Below, piece by piece: positions 40,075 through 50,567 of a stretch of 61,650 bases of DNA (its first letter is position 1; each line of letters begins with the position of its first letter). The translations under genes and the position numbers were made by a program. The notes beneath the pieces are model-generated. The model was not told where the DNA came from and did no database searches. It saw nothing but the letters and a program-made list of their open reading frames with translations. This DNA comes from Chitinophagaceae bacterium (lineage in GTDB: Bacteria; Bacteroidota; Bacteroidia; Chitinophagales; Chitinophagaceae), in NCBI GenBank assembly GCA_031378605.1, contig JANNEK010000009.1:1-61650 (forward strand), written 5' to 3'.

Positions 40075-40734
40075 ATGACCATTCACAAAGAAGGCTACAA
40101 AACAATTCTCATCGCTGCTGTTATATTTGCCCTGATTAACCTGGTTTCATTTCAATTTTTAAGTTATCAATGGCCCTGGTTGAGCTGGCTTATTTTTTTT
40201 GGTGCATTAGCTTTATTCCTTTTTATAATTTCTTTTTTCAGAATACCTAAACGCGTACTCACTACCGGTGATCAATTGATTGTTTGTCCTGCAGATGGAA
40301 AAGTAGTGGTTATAGAAGAAATAATTGACCAGGAATATTTTAAAGATAAGCGGATCCAGGTTTCTATTTTTATGAGCCCGGCCAATGTACATCAAAACAG
40401 GAACCCGATAAGTGGAGAAGTCACCTATAATAAATATCATAAAGGAAAATATCTTGTTGCATGGGATCCTAAATCTTCTACGGAAAACGAGCGCCATTCA
40501 ATCGTTATTAAATCTTCCTTCGCAGAAATTTTAGTAAAACAAATTGCCGGAGCAGTTGCCAAGCGTATTGTTAACTATCTAAGTGTAGGCCAAAAAGTAC
40601 AACAAAGTGCTGAATATGGTTTTATAAAATTTGGAAGCAGGGTAGATGTGTTACTTCCACCAGGTACAAAAATTGCAGTATCCTTGAACCAGGCAGTAAA
40701 AGGAGGAGTAACCGTATTGGGAGAGTTTGTATAG
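40075..40734 (+). CDS. psd: Phosphatidylserine decarboxylase proenzyme
   Basis: FFRIP, PADGKV, IFMSPANVH, FIKFGSRVD (FGS cleavage site). Confidence 0.93.
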   Translation: MTIHKEGYKTILIAAVIFALINLVSFQFLSYQWPWLSWLIFFGALALFLFIISFFRIPKRVLTTGDQLIVCPADGKVVVIEEIIDQEYFKDKRIQVSIFMSPANVHQNRNPISGEVTYNKYHKGKYLVAWDPKSSTENERHSIVIKSSFAEILVKQIAGAVAKRIVNYLSVGQKVQQSAEYGFIKFGSRVDVLLPPGTKIAVSLNQAVKGGVTVLGEFV

Positions 40735-40809
40735 GTAAAATTACATATAATTTTTTTAGTGTGTTCTTCTGCGATATCCAAATTAATTAAACGGGCAATA
40801 ATCTCTACC

Positions 40810-41505
40810 CTAAAATATTTCCTTTAATTGTTCTAAAGAACTTACTTCATAGGTTGGGGTAAAATCTATTTTTTTATCTATGTGATTTACAAAAACCTGG
40901 TCAATACCAGCATTCATGGCACCTTTAATATCTACTTCTGGGTCATCTCCAATCATAATACTATGATGTGGATCGGCCTTTGCTTGCTGCAGGGCATAGT
41001 CAAAAATTTCTTTATGGGGTTTTAAACTATTGCTTCCTTCACTGGTTATTACTTCCATAAAATATTTATCGATGCCTGAATATTGTAATTTACTATGCTG
41101 CGTTTTTTCGAAGCCGTTAGTAATTAAGTGAAGGCTATAGTTTTTTTGTATGAGGTAATCAAGTGTATCGGTAGTTCCGGGAAATAAAGTGGTTCGGGTA
41201 GGAAGCAGGTCCAAAAAAAGAACCGCCATTTCCTTTGCGAAGTTTTCATCACCAATTTTAAAATCAAGAAGCGTTAACCAAAAACGTTTCCAGCGCAATT
41301 CATCGACCTTAATAAATCCCTTCCGGTAGCGTTCCCACATTTTTTCATTATGTTCGAGATAATTTTTATGAAAGCGATCGAAATCATAAATACCTTTTTC
41401 TTTTAAATGCATTGAATGGTATAACTCGCCAAGCGTTAATCTGCTATTGGTTTCAAAATCCCATAAGGTATGATCAAGATCAAAGAAAAGATGTTTATAC
41501 TTCAT
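40810..41505 (-). CDS. YjjG-family HAD nucleotidase
   Basis: FFDLDHTLWD, ITNGF, KP, MIGDDPEVDI. Confidence 0.9.
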   Translation of the reverse strand: MKYKHLFFDLDHTLWDFETNSRLTLGELYHSMHLKEKGIYDFDRFHKNYLEHNEKMWERYRKGFIKVDELRWKRFWLTLLDFKIGDENFAKEMAVLFLDLLPTRTTLFPGTTDTLDYLIQKNYSLHLITNGFEKTQHSKLQYSGIDKYFMEVITSEGSNSLKPHKEIFDYALQQAKADPHHSIMIGDDPEVDIKGAMNAGIDQVFVNHIDKKIDFTPTYEVSSLEQLKEIF

Positions 41506-41660
41506 GAATGCAATGTACAAACTTGTAAAAATAAAATAGCCTCCGTTATGGTTAAACTGGTGTAGAAATCTATAGTAAAACCCAAATAAATTTGACCTGC
41601 TGCAATAAATAGGCAGGAAGGGGTGTAGATTTGATATCGATTTCTGGCTAAATTTTTTTT

Positions 41661-42362
41661 ATGAATATTATTATTACAGGTGCATCCCGTGGTTTTGGAA
41701 AAGCAATTGCTGAACAATTTGCAGCACATGGGCATACTCTTTACTTAGGCGCCCGTAATATAAAGGGGTTAAACGAAGCTGCATCCTCTCTTCGATCTCA
41801 TTATCCCGGTTCCACCATTCATACCAAAGCCAACGACCTTGGCAATAGAAGTGGCGTGGAAGATTTTGGTCAATGGATTAATGATAGCAAAATCATTGTT
41901 GATATTCTTATAAACAATGCAGGTGCTTATGTACCGGGAAGTGTACATGATGAACCTAATGGATCGCTTGAAAAAATGTTGGATATTAATTTATATAGCG
42001 CCTATCACCTGACCCGAAAATTATTACCGGCTATGATGGAAAGAAAGCAAGGGCATATTTTTTCGATATGTTCAATTGCTTCTTTGCAAGCCTATAACAA
42101 TGGAGGAGCTTATAGTATTAGTAAGTTTGCCTTACTTGGATTTAATAGAAACTTACGCGAAGAAATGAAACCCTATGGAATAAAAGTCACTTCTGTTATA
42201 CCGGGTGCTGCCTATACCGATTCGTGGATCGGAAGCGGCGTAGACCCTAAAAGAATTATGGAAGCATCTGATATAGCAAAAATGATTTATGCAGCTTCTC
42301 AACTTTCACCCCAGGCCTGCCCCGAAGAAATAATATTAAGACCGCAGCTCGGTGATTTATAG
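41661..42362 (+). CDS. SDR family oxidoreductase
   Basis: TGASRGFG, NNAG, YSISK. Confidence 0.92.
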   Translation: MNIIITGASRGFGKAIAEQFAAHGHTLYLGARNIKGLNEAASSLRSHYPGSTIHTKANDLGNRSGVEDFGQWINDSKIIVDILINNAGAYVPGSVHDEPNGSLEKMLDINLYSAYHLTRKLLPAMMERKQGHIFSICSIASLQAYNNGGAYSISKFALLGFNRNLREEMKPYGIKVTSVIPGAAYTDSWIGSGVDPKRIMEASDIAKMIYAASQLSPQACPEEIILRPQLGDL

Positions 42363-42426
42363 CATTAAAAATAACCGTTTACCCCTTTAACCCCCCTTTA
42401 ACTAAAACAAGTTAGCTTCTACCCAA

Positions 42427-44268
42427 ATGGGTAAATTACATTTGCATGGGGAAACTCATTTTTTATTTAACCGGCATATTATAAGACCATTACTTTACAT
42501 ACCACTTACTTTATTAGTTACATTTTTTTTTCTGCCATTGATGGCGCAGGTAAAATTTTATGCGATAGCCAGCGAAGGGCCGTTTATCCCAGGGGAAGCT
42601 TTCCAGGTGCAGTATGTGGCAGAAGGGGCCAGGGATATTCAACAGTTTACAATTCCATCGTTCAAAAATTTTTTAGTACTGGATAGTTTTAATAGCAAAA
42701 GCACTTCTATACAGTCCCCCGGTTTGAGAATGATAGAAGTCTATTCTAAAATCGTAGTGCTTTCTGCAAAAAAAGCAGGGAGGTTCATATTGCCTGCTGC
42801 GGTCGCTTTGATTGATGGAAAAAAGAGGAGGACCGAAGAATTAAAAATTGATGTAGTCTCTAAAAGAACAATACCACTAAATACTGTTGAATCCATTGAA
42901 GGAGTTGAGGTAGAACAAAATTCTCAATTAAGGGAAGGTGAAGACATTGACAAGAAAATAAAAAAGAATCTTTTTGTAAGAGCTAATATAAATAAGAATA
43001 GTTGTTATGCAGGCGAAACGGTGATGCTTTCTTATAAAATGTATTCGCGTGTAGATGCCAGTTCTCAAATACTCAAACGTCCATCACTAACGGGTTTAAG
43101 TATCTTAGAAATGGAAGACAGTTATGATGGAAAACCAACAATCGAAAAAATTGATGGAGTTCTTTATTATGTGAACCTTATTCGTAAAGTGCAGGGATTT
43201 CCCTTGCAAGCGGGCATTATTCCCCTCGATAAAGCAGAAATAGCGAGTACGGTACATTTTGTAAAAGTTAATGAACCAAAAGACCGAAATACATCCGATC
43301 AGCGACTAACCTATAGTTTATTTGATTACCCGGTGACGCTTACCAGTGCTCCGTTGAGTTTAGACGTTAAACCCCTGCCAACGAATAATCAACCACAAAA
43401 TTTTTTGGGGGCGGTGGGAGATTTTTCATTGCAAATCGAGGTAGTGGCAAAAGAAATACATGCCGGTGACCTAGCTAAAATTAGACTTATTATTAAAGGA
43501 ACAGGCAATCTTCCCTTATTAGTTCCACCGTTGGTACAATGGCCCAATGGTGTAGATACAGCAGAGCCGGAAGTAAAAGAAGAATTTGATCGATATGTTT
43601 TTCCATTGAAGGGCACAAAAACATTTGAATATTCATTTACCGCCCCCGATACCGGAACGTATACTATTCCACCCATTGAATTAGTATATTTTAATCCGGC
43701 TACCCGTTTATACAATACCAGTCGAACGGAGCCTTTAAAAATGAAAGTAATAGCAGCGCCGGAAAGAAAAAAATTATCGGAACAGCAATCACTGCCTGCT
43801 ATAACCGAAGACAGAATTCCTCGGGAGAGATATTGGTTTGGAGCACTTGTGCTGCTGATTGTTGGATGGATCGGCTTCCAGGTTTGGCGATCTAAAAATG
43901 TAAAATCTGTCGGCAAAATTGATCAGGGTATCGTTAATACCTATAAAGAATCAGACTATTCCACCCTGCTGGAGCAGGCAACCGTTGCCTTGCAAAATGA
44001 AAATATTTCATTATTTTATCATGAAATAGAGCAATCCATTTGGAAATTGACAGCGCAGTACTGTGCAATCCTTCCTTCCGGATTAAATAAGCAGAATATA
44101 AGTTTAGTATTGAAGGCAAAAGGAATTTCAGATGAAACGATTAATTCGCTGATCGAAATTTTGAACAGATGTGAATGGGCTTTGTATGCACCCCGGCATG
44201 AACAAAGTGATACACAATCTATTCTAACAAAAACAAAAGTGTTATTTGAAAGAATAGTTTCTACATAA
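42427..44268 (+). CDS. BatD family protein
   Basis: Ig-like repeats, VKPLP...GAVGDF, GTGNL, YFNP, C-terminal TM helix; exact start uncertain. Confidence 0.8.
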   Translation: MGKLHLHGETHFLFNRHIIRPLLYIPLTLLVTFFFLPLMAQVKFYAIASEGPFIPGEAFQVQYVAEGARDIQQFTIPSFKNFLVLDSFNSKSTSIQSPGLRMIEVYSKIVVLSAKKAGRFILPAAVALIDGKKRRTEELKIDVVSKRTIPLNTVESIEGVEVEQNSQLREGEDIDKKIKKNLFVRANINKNSCYAGETVMLSYKMYSRVDASSQILKRPSLTGLSILEMEDSYDGKPTIEKIDGVLYYVNLIRKVQGFPLQAGIIPLDKAEIASTVHFVKVNEPKDRNTSDQRLTYSLFDYPVTLTSAPLSLDVKPLPTNNQPQNFLGAVGDFSLQIEVVAKEIHAGDLAKIRLIIKGTGNLPLLVPPLVQWPNGVDTAEPEVKEEFDRYVFPLKGTKTFEYSFTAPDTGTYTIPPIELVYFNPATRLYNTSRTEPLKMKVIAAPERKKLSEQQSLPAITEDRIPRERYWFGALVLLIVGWIGFQVWRSKNVKSVGKIDQGIVNTYKESDYSTLLEQATVALQNENISLFYHEIEQSIWKLTAQYCAILPSGLNKQNISLVLKAKGISDETINSLIEILNRCEWALYAPRHEQSDTQSILTKTKVLFERIVST

Positions 44269-44269
44269 A

Positions 44270-44626
44270 TTAATAAGTGATTAATTTATGAATTGAAGTA
44301 TCATTTATCAATACATCTCCTGTTACAGCATCACCCTTAAACAGTTTTACTAAAACATAGATAACTATTAATTGTGCGAGCAGTAATGGGGTAAATGCAA
44401 AAATGGTTTTAGTTATTCTGTTCAATTCATCCCAGTTGTGCGCCACCAGCAATACAATGCCTAATCCTACTAATAAAGAACCAACTACTCCTAATACTAA
44501 AACAAATCGATTGGGAACCGGTTCTTTATTGTGTTCATACCAATTCTTAATGTTGTTGGCTATATCGGAGTTTATAACATTGGCTTCAATAAGTGCTTGC
44601 AGATCGGAGAATAATGATTTAGCCAT
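44270..44626 (-). pseudogene. Truncated DUF2157 membrane protein, probably fused to the C-terminus of a GDYXXLXY protein
   Basis: GSLLVGLGIVLLVAHNWDEL is the DUF2157 motif; the ORF is only 118 aa and ends in VKLFKGDAVTGDVLINDTSI. Confidence 0.6.
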
Positions 44627-44688
44627 TAAGAATTGATTGTTCCCAAATATTACTTTTTATGGGCAAAAGAACAATTGAAGGCCTTGAT

Positions 44689-45390
44689 TTATTCTGAGAA
44701 TTTATATCCTACCCCCCTTACCGAATGGAAGTAATGTGGATTGCGGCTATCTTCTTCGAAATACTTCCGGAAACTCAAAATGAAATTATCAATCGTTCTG
44801 GTGGTAGGATAAACGTTGTAACCCCAAACAGCCTGCAATATTTTTTCGCGGGGTACTACTTCATTTTTATTTTCAATAAGTAATTTTAAAAGCATCGTTT
44901 CTTTTTTGCTTAATTGTATTCGTTCTCCGTTTTTAGTAACTGCCTCCTGTGCTTTAAAGTTTATACTGTTTTGGCCAAAACCAAAGGAATCGCCTGTATT
45001 GTCTTTTTCTGTAAGTTTCTTATTTTTTTCAATTAGTTTTTGTACGCGCAACAAAAGTTCTTCAAGGTTAAAAGGTTTTGTCAAATAATCATCAGCCCCT
45101 TTTTTTAGACCCAGTACCCGATCGGCACTTGTATTTTTTGCACTTAAGATTAAAATTGGTACTTCATTATTTTGTAGGCGAATATTTTCAGTAACGTGAA
45201 TGCCGTCAATTTCCGGGATCATAATATCTAATACAACCAAGTCAAAATACTCAGCCTGTATTTTTTGAATGGCAGTATATCCATCATAGGCAGAACTCAC
45301 TTCGTAGCCTTCCAGTTCAAGATTAAGCTTGAGTGCCTCATGCAAATTCTCTTCATCTTCTACTAATAATATGGAAAGCTTTGTATTCAT
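44689..45390 (-). CDS. OmpR-family response regulator
   Basis: LVEDE, LDIMIP, GADDYLTKPF, TRTIDNFI, SVRGVGY. Confidence 0.95.
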   Translation of the reverse strand: MNTKLSILLVEDEENLHEALKLNLELEGYEVSSAYDGYTAIQKIQAEYFDLVVLDIMIPEIDGIHVTENIRLQNNEVPILILSAKNTSADRVLGLKKGADDYLTKPFNLEELLLRVQKLIEKNKKLTEKDNTGDSFGFGQNSINFKAQEAVTKNGERIQLSKKETMLLKLLIENKNEVVPREKILQAVWGYNVYPTTRTIDNFILSFRKYFEEDSRNPHYFHSVRGVGYKFSE

Positions 45391-45395
45391 AATAA

Positions 45396-46391
45396 TTATC
45401 GCTGTTTAAAGCTAACTGTAAAAATACAGCCGGAAGGATGATTGTCTGTCATGTAAATGTCGGCATTATGATCGTTGGCAATTTTTTTACAAAGATAAAG
45501 TCCCAGTCCGGTACCCTTGGTAGTACGTGTAGATTCATTGCCAATACGGTAAAATTTTTCAAATATTTTTTTCTTTTCATCAATGGCAATACCTGAACCC
45601 ATATCTGAAATTTTCAAGATAATATGTTGATTATTTTTTTGTAAACTGCAATGCACCGGACTATTTTTAGGTGAATATTTAAGCGCATTTTCAAGCAGGT
45701 TATTCACGAGTATGGTTAGTAAAAACGAATCTCCGGTAATTTCCAGTTCATTCTCAATTTCTGAGGGCCAGTTTCTTTCTGGAAACCTTATGCTAAAATC
45801 CTGAACACAATTTTTTACCAGGTCCGATAAATTTAATTCTTCTTTTTCTATTGTTTCTTTGTTGCTTTCAAGTTGGGAGGAGATTAAAATATTATTAGTT
45901 AGGGTATTTAGCCTGTTTGTTTCCTGAAGGGTCATTAGCAATAGTTTTTGCCGGCGTGGTTCATCTAATTGATGTTTTTGAAGTGTCTCCAGGTTTAGTT
46001 TAGCAATGGCAATGGGTGTTTTTAATTCGTGGGTTACTGCCATCATAAAATTCTGTTGCTGTTGATTGGTGCGTAATTGACGCCGAACAGCACGGTAAAC
46101 AAATAACGCCCCAATAAGAATTAAACCTAAAAAAGTAATTCCTTCACTGATAAACTTAGTACTGTTTCTTTTTCTTTCGTTTTCGATTTGAGCGATAGCC
46201 TGATTACGTTCAGAAGAGTTTTGGGCCGGGGAATTTTTAAAGAAAAGTTCCTGCACTTTAACATTGGCCATATCCCTATTTTGTTTTTCAAGAGAAATAA
46301 ACCACCATACCAATGCGGCAATTATATAGAGAAGTAATATCCAATAAACAATAATGGCCCTGTTTAATTTTTTTTTGGTAGAAGCGTCCAT
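45396..46391 (-). CDS. Sensor histidine kinase
   Basis: THELKTP, NLLENALKYS, DMGSGI, GTGLGL; two TM helices. Confidence 0.95.
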   Translation of the reverse strand: MDASTKKKLNRAIIVYWILLLYIIAALVWWFISLEKQNRDMANVKVQELFFKNSPAQNSSERNQAIAQIENERKRNSTKFISEGITFLGLILIGALFVYRAVRRQLRTNQQQQNFMMAVTHELKTPIAIAKLNLETLQKHQLDEPRRQKLLLMTLQETNRLNTLTNNILISSQLESNKETIEKEELNLSDLVKNCVQDFSIRFPERNWPSEIENELEITGDSFLLTILVNNLLENALKYSPKNSPVHCSLQKNNQHIILKISDMGSGIAIDEKKKIFEKFYRIGNESTRTTKGTGLGLYLCKKIANDHNADIYMTDNHPSGCIFTVSFKQR

Positions 46392-46402
46392 TTTAATAAT
46401 TA

Positions 46403-46879
46403 TTAATCCACTACTTTTTCCAAGCGTATACCTGCATTCATAATATTTGCCAATGGATCTTCGCGCATGATCTGTTGAAGTGTAAATGTATACTTTCCGG
46501 GTTTTGAAAATTTAACCGGGTTAGCGTCAAGTAAGATGCGATGTTCAAAAATATCATCCATGCCTTTGCCCAGCCATCCTCTTTCATCGGTAGCAAGAAT
46601 AAGATTGCGCCTGTTTACAAATGCACTATCGCCCGGTGGTTGAATACTTACGGCAAGCCAGATATTTTTATACCGGTACGCATCGGTATGCCGTAGAACT
46701 ATATAAATACGATATAATGAAATAGTATCGGTAGTAACTTCAAAATTTATGATTGGTTTAAAACCAGTACTCCATTTCTGATTGGGGATTGTAATGTTTT
46801 TTTCAAATATACCTATTGGAATAGTACAGGCATTGAACAAAAACAGGATAATAAATACGATGGGAATGAATTGCTTCAA
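46403..46879 (-). CDS. gldH: Gliding motility lipoprotein GldH
   Basis: Lipobox FNA-C, LRHTDAYRYKNIWL, GWLGKG, QIMREDPL. Confidence 0.88.
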   Translation of the reverse strand: MKQFIPIVFIILFLFNACTIPIGIFEKNITIPNQKWSTGFKPIINFEVTTDTISLYRIYIVLRHTDAYRYKNIWLAVSIQPPGDSAFVNRRNLILATDERGWLGKGMDDIFEHRILLDANPVKFSKPGKYTFTLQQIMREDPLANIMNAGIRLEKVVD

Positions 46880-46917
46880 GTTGATTATTTTTTACAAAAG
46901 TAATCAGGAACAGATTA

Positions 46918-47793
46918 TTAAAGTACATTCAATATTTGCTCCTTTGCTTTTTCAAGCTCATCTTTCATGAGTACCACGCATTTTTGAATAGTAGAATCAT
47001 AGGCCTTTGCACCAGTAGTATTGATTTCTCTGCCAATTTCCTGTAATACGAAAGAAAGCTTTTTACCCTTTCCTTCTCCGTTTTCGGTAAGGATTGCCCG
47101 AAAATACTCGCAATGGTTTTTTAAACGAACCTGCTCTTCGGTAAGATCAATTTTTTCTATATAATAAATTAGTTCCTGTTCAAGCCGGTTTGGATCATAA
47201 TTTTCTTTTCCGGTATTTTCTTCCAAAACTTTTATAAGTCCTTCTTTAATTTTTTGTTTACGAAGGGGTTCTAATTTCAATACTTCTTCCTGTTGTAATT
47301 GTATATTGGTAATTCTTAACAATAATTCCTGTTCCAGTGAACGGCCCTCATCCAGGCGATGCATATTGAGGTTATCAATAGCGGTACCCATGATTTTTTT
47401 AAAATCCTTCCATTCGTTATCAGTTAGTGTTTCGCCGGTGGGCGTTATTACTTCAGGCAATTTCAGCAAAGCACTTAATACCTGCGAAGCATCAAGGTTT
47501 AGTTCTTTCGAAAGTTCTGCAATAGGTTTATAGTAAGCTTTTGCAAGATTAATATTTATACTTACTGGTTTAGCGCCCCCACTTTCTTTAAGGCTTATCG
47601 AACAATCCACCGTACCCCTGTTTAATTTTTCTGAGAGTAATGTGCGTATTTCAAATTCGAACGGTTTTAGAAATGCAGGCATTTTTAGAGAGAGGTCGAA
47701 TTGTTTTCCATTGAGGGATTTAATGTCGATGAGGAAGGTTTTATCGCCAGCGTTCTGCTCCGCTCTTCCAAATCCTGTCATTGATTTTAGCAT
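46918..47793 (-). CDS. yicC: YicC/YloC family endoribonuclease
   Basis: SMTGFGR, RLEQEL, EEQVRL, GKKLSFVLQEIGREINTTGAK. Confidence 0.92.
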   Translation of the reverse strand: MLKSMTGFGRAEQNAGDKTFLIDIKSLNGKQFDLSLKMPAFLKPFEFEIRTLLSEKLNRGTVDCSISLKESGGAKPVSININLAKAYYKPIAELSKELNLDASQVLSALLKLPEVITPTGETLTDNEWKDFKKIMGTAIDNLNMHRLDEGRSLEQELLLRITNIQLQQEEVLKLEPLRKQKIKEGLIKVLEENTGKENYDPNRLEQELIYYIEKIDLTEEQVRLKNHCEYFRAILTENGEGKGKKLSFVLQEIGREINTTGAKAYDSTIQKCVVLMKDELEKAKEQILNVL

Positions 47794-47910
47794 AATAATT
47801 TTGAATTTGGTGCAAAGTAAGGAATAGTTTGAAGTTCGCTTGTATTCATATTATAGTGTTTTCTCCAATGAAAAATTCTATACGCGTATAAATAAATGAT
47901 AGATTGGCTA

Positions 47911-47942
47911 TAAACAAAATCTCCCGGAGAACCGGGAGATTT
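47911..47942 (-). terminator. Intrinsic terminator with no upstream ORF
   Basis: Minus strand AAATCTCCCGG-TTCT-CCGGGAGATTTTGTTT. Confidence 0.65.
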
Positions 47943-48349
47943 AATATGTGGATGGGTTAGTAAATACCAGGAAATAAATTTCCTTACACAATATTAAATA
48001 TATTTTCTACCATATGAAAGAATATTTTAAAAAATTTATTCACATTTGGTAAATGAGTTGTGGAAAATCGCCGGTTTATATTAATTACAATCAAACTCAT
48101 TGCATATTTTTTTGTCACAATTTGAATAAGATCATTGATGATTCTTGTTGAAAGTTGTAATTCTCATTGGTATTTTGCTATAATTTCTATTGTATCCGGG
48201 AATAAAAATCTGTAATTTTTTTTCTGAACACGTTGTTTGCTATCGCATTAGTTCAATTAAAAAGAAAAACACAACAAGATTAATCAGGATGTTTGAAAAT
48301 AAATTCCGGGGGAACCAGCCTTCATTACTTTTGTATAAATTACCAGTAT

Positions 48350-49294
48350 ATGAAGTTTCCTGCTCCTGTTGCATTATCATGGATTGCTGAATTGATTGGT
48401 GCCGAATTAACAGGCAACATCAATAGTTATGCTACCGGAATTAATGAAATACACAAAGTTGAACAGGGTGATCTTGTATTTGTGGATCACCCTAAGTATT
48501 ATGATAAGTGTTTGCAATCAGCAGCAAGCTTTATAATTATCAATAAAAAAATAATTGTTCCCGAAGGGAAAGCACTGCTAATTGTTGAACAGCCTTTTGA
48601 TGCCTACCAAAAGATTGTGCATCATTTTCGGCCATTTATACCTGCCATTAAATTAATTAGTGATTCGGCAACTATTGGAGAAGGAACCTATCTCGCTCCC
48701 AATGTATTTGTTGGCAGTGATGTTGTAATTGGTAAAAATTGCCGTATTCATCCAAACGTAACGATCGAATCTCATTGTATTATTGGTGATGATGTAATTA
48801 TTCAGGCCGGATCAGTTATTGGATCAGATGCATTTTATTATAATTCAAAAAAGGATAGAGATCATTGGTACCGGAGAATGGAAAGTTGTGGAAGAGTAGT
48901 TATTCATAATGGTGTTGAAATTGGCGCCGGTTGCACCATCGACAGAGGAGTTACCCACGATACTATTATTGGAAGTGGAACTAAAATGGATAATATGATT
49001 CATATCGGGCACGATACAGTGTTGGGGAAAAATTGTTTAATAGCCGCCCAGGTTGGTATTGCCGGTGTAGTAGAAGTTGGAAATGGTGTTACGCTATGGG
49101 GACAAGTAGGTATCAATAAAACATTGAGTATTGGCGATAATGTAATTGTATATGCACAAAGCGGAATTCGTGGTACTATTCCACCGGGAAAAATTTATTT
49201 CGGCTCTCCCGCAGAAGAAGCAAAAGAAAAAATTAAAGAGTTAGTATGGGTTAAACGAATACCTGAGTTATGGAAGAAGGTGATGGGACAGTAA
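48350..49294 (+). CDS. lpxD: LpxD-like UDP-3-O-acylglucosamine N-acyltransferase
   Basis: Hexapeptide repeats, VEIGAGCTIDRG, KMDNMIHIGHD; ATG at 48350. Confidence 0.8.
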   Translation: MKFPAPVALSWIAELIGAELTGNINSYATGINEIHKVEQGDLVFVDHPKYYDKCLQSAASFIIINKKIIVPEGKALLIVEQPFDAYQKIVHHFRPFIPAIKLISDSATIGEGTYLAPNVFVGSDVVIGKNCRIHPNVTIESHCIIGDDVIIQAGSVIGSDAFYYNSKKDRDHWYRRMESCGRVVIHNGVEIGAGCTIDRGVTHDTIIGSGTKMDNMIHIGHDTVLGKNCLIAAQVGIAGVVEVGNGVTLWGQVGINKTLSIGDNVIVYAQSGIRGTIPPGKIYFGSPAEEAKEKIKELVWVKRIPELWKKVMGQ

Positions 49295-49416
49295 TAAAAA
49301 TTTATGCTGTTACAATGAAGAGGAAGATATAGTACGATTGAACCATTACTATTCTAACGGTATCGATGTAAATAAACAGCAAGCGCATTTGCTATTTCAA
49401 CAACATTACCTAATTG

Positions 49417-50493
49417 CTACTGGTAAACATAATCATAAGGAAGTGTTTCGGATAATTTTTTCCAGGCCCAGTATCCGGTATTAATAATATCATACTGCTC
49501 GTAAAAATAACCATTGCGCTCAATCACAAATCCATCGAGAACATCCAACACCGTAATCTGGTACCTTGTATCTGAAGGAAGTTTAAAGTCTTCCAGAAAT
49601 TTTTTATCCGGAAAAACTCTTTTATAACTTACGCGGTATTTTCCCTTCCATCCAACAATGATATCTCCGCTATCGGAAGCATATTGTTCGTTGTTGTATA
49701 AGTCTGTTAAAATAACTCCTTTTTTTGGATCGCTATTGAGTTGTTCTACAATAAATCCTTCTTCAGTAACCATACTATTATAAAAAGAACGCATGAAGTG
49801 CAACCTGGAGCCAAGATAGGTTCTTGCACGGTTTTTAATAAACTGTGTTTTTGCTTCTACAGTTGTATCCATTTCTATAAAAAGAGGGTAACCGGTAAAC
49901 TGACTGATATTTGTATTGTAATCGTAGTTAAAAGAATCTAACTGGTAACGGATGGTATAGCCCAACGCATAATTATAGATGATCAAATCTTCTTTAGTAG
50001 TAACTTTTAAACGGTTCCTTTTTTTTGCAAAAAAGAAGTGCAGGGCTTCGGGGTTTTGTAATTTGCATTGAGGTGCATTCGGACTGTTGCCGATAAAATT
50101 ATCTAAAAAAAATTTTCCATATTTTGCCCAACCATCTGCTACTTCGTTACTTGCTACCACAGCTACTTCTTCCATTGCTTTTTCCTGTTTTACCAATTCA
50201 ATGAATAAAGTATCAGTTGCTGTTTGATTATTACTTATTCGGTAAAGTTTTTTTTCATAACCTGTATACGATATTACAAGGTCATATCCTCCCGCAGGCA
50301 ATCGTAAAAAAAACAACCCCTCATTGGTTGAAACACTTCCATAGGTAGTATTCGGACAAAAGGCAGATGCACCTGCCAATGGTATTTTGGAAGCAGAGTC
50401 AGTCACTTTGCCAAGAATCGTAAAGTTTTTCTCCTGTGCCGTTGTACTAAAGGCAATTATGGTTAATAGAAAGGCGAAGACTATTTTCTGCAT
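49417..50493 (-). CDS. Carboxypeptidase-regulatory-like domain secreted protein
   Basis: Signal peptide; GKVTDS..PLAGAS..TNEGLF..SYTGY; NYALGY. Confidence 0.8.
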   Translation of the reverse strand: MQKIVFAFLLTIIAFSTTAQEKNFTILGKVTDSASKIPLAGASAFCPNTTYGSVSTNEGLFFLRLPAGGYDLVISYTGYEKKLYRISNNQTATDTLFIELVKQEKAMEEVAVVASNEVADGWAKYGKFFLDNFIGNSPNAPQCKLQNPEALHFFFAKKRNRLKVTTKEDLIIYNYALGYTIRYQLDSFNYDYNTNISQFTGYPLFIEMDTTVEAKTQFIKNRARTYLGSRLHFMRSFYNSMVTEEGFIVEQLNSDPKKGVILTDLYNNEQYASDSGDIIVGWKGKYRVSYKRVFPDKKFLEDFKLPSDTRYQITVLDVLDGFVIERNGYFYEQYDIINTGYWAWKKLSETLPYDYVYQ

Positions 50494-50567
50494 AGAATTT
50501 AGATGTATGAATAAAACGTTTAAATAGCAACGAAAGTATTCTATCAACTATTCTGCCAGTTAATTAT

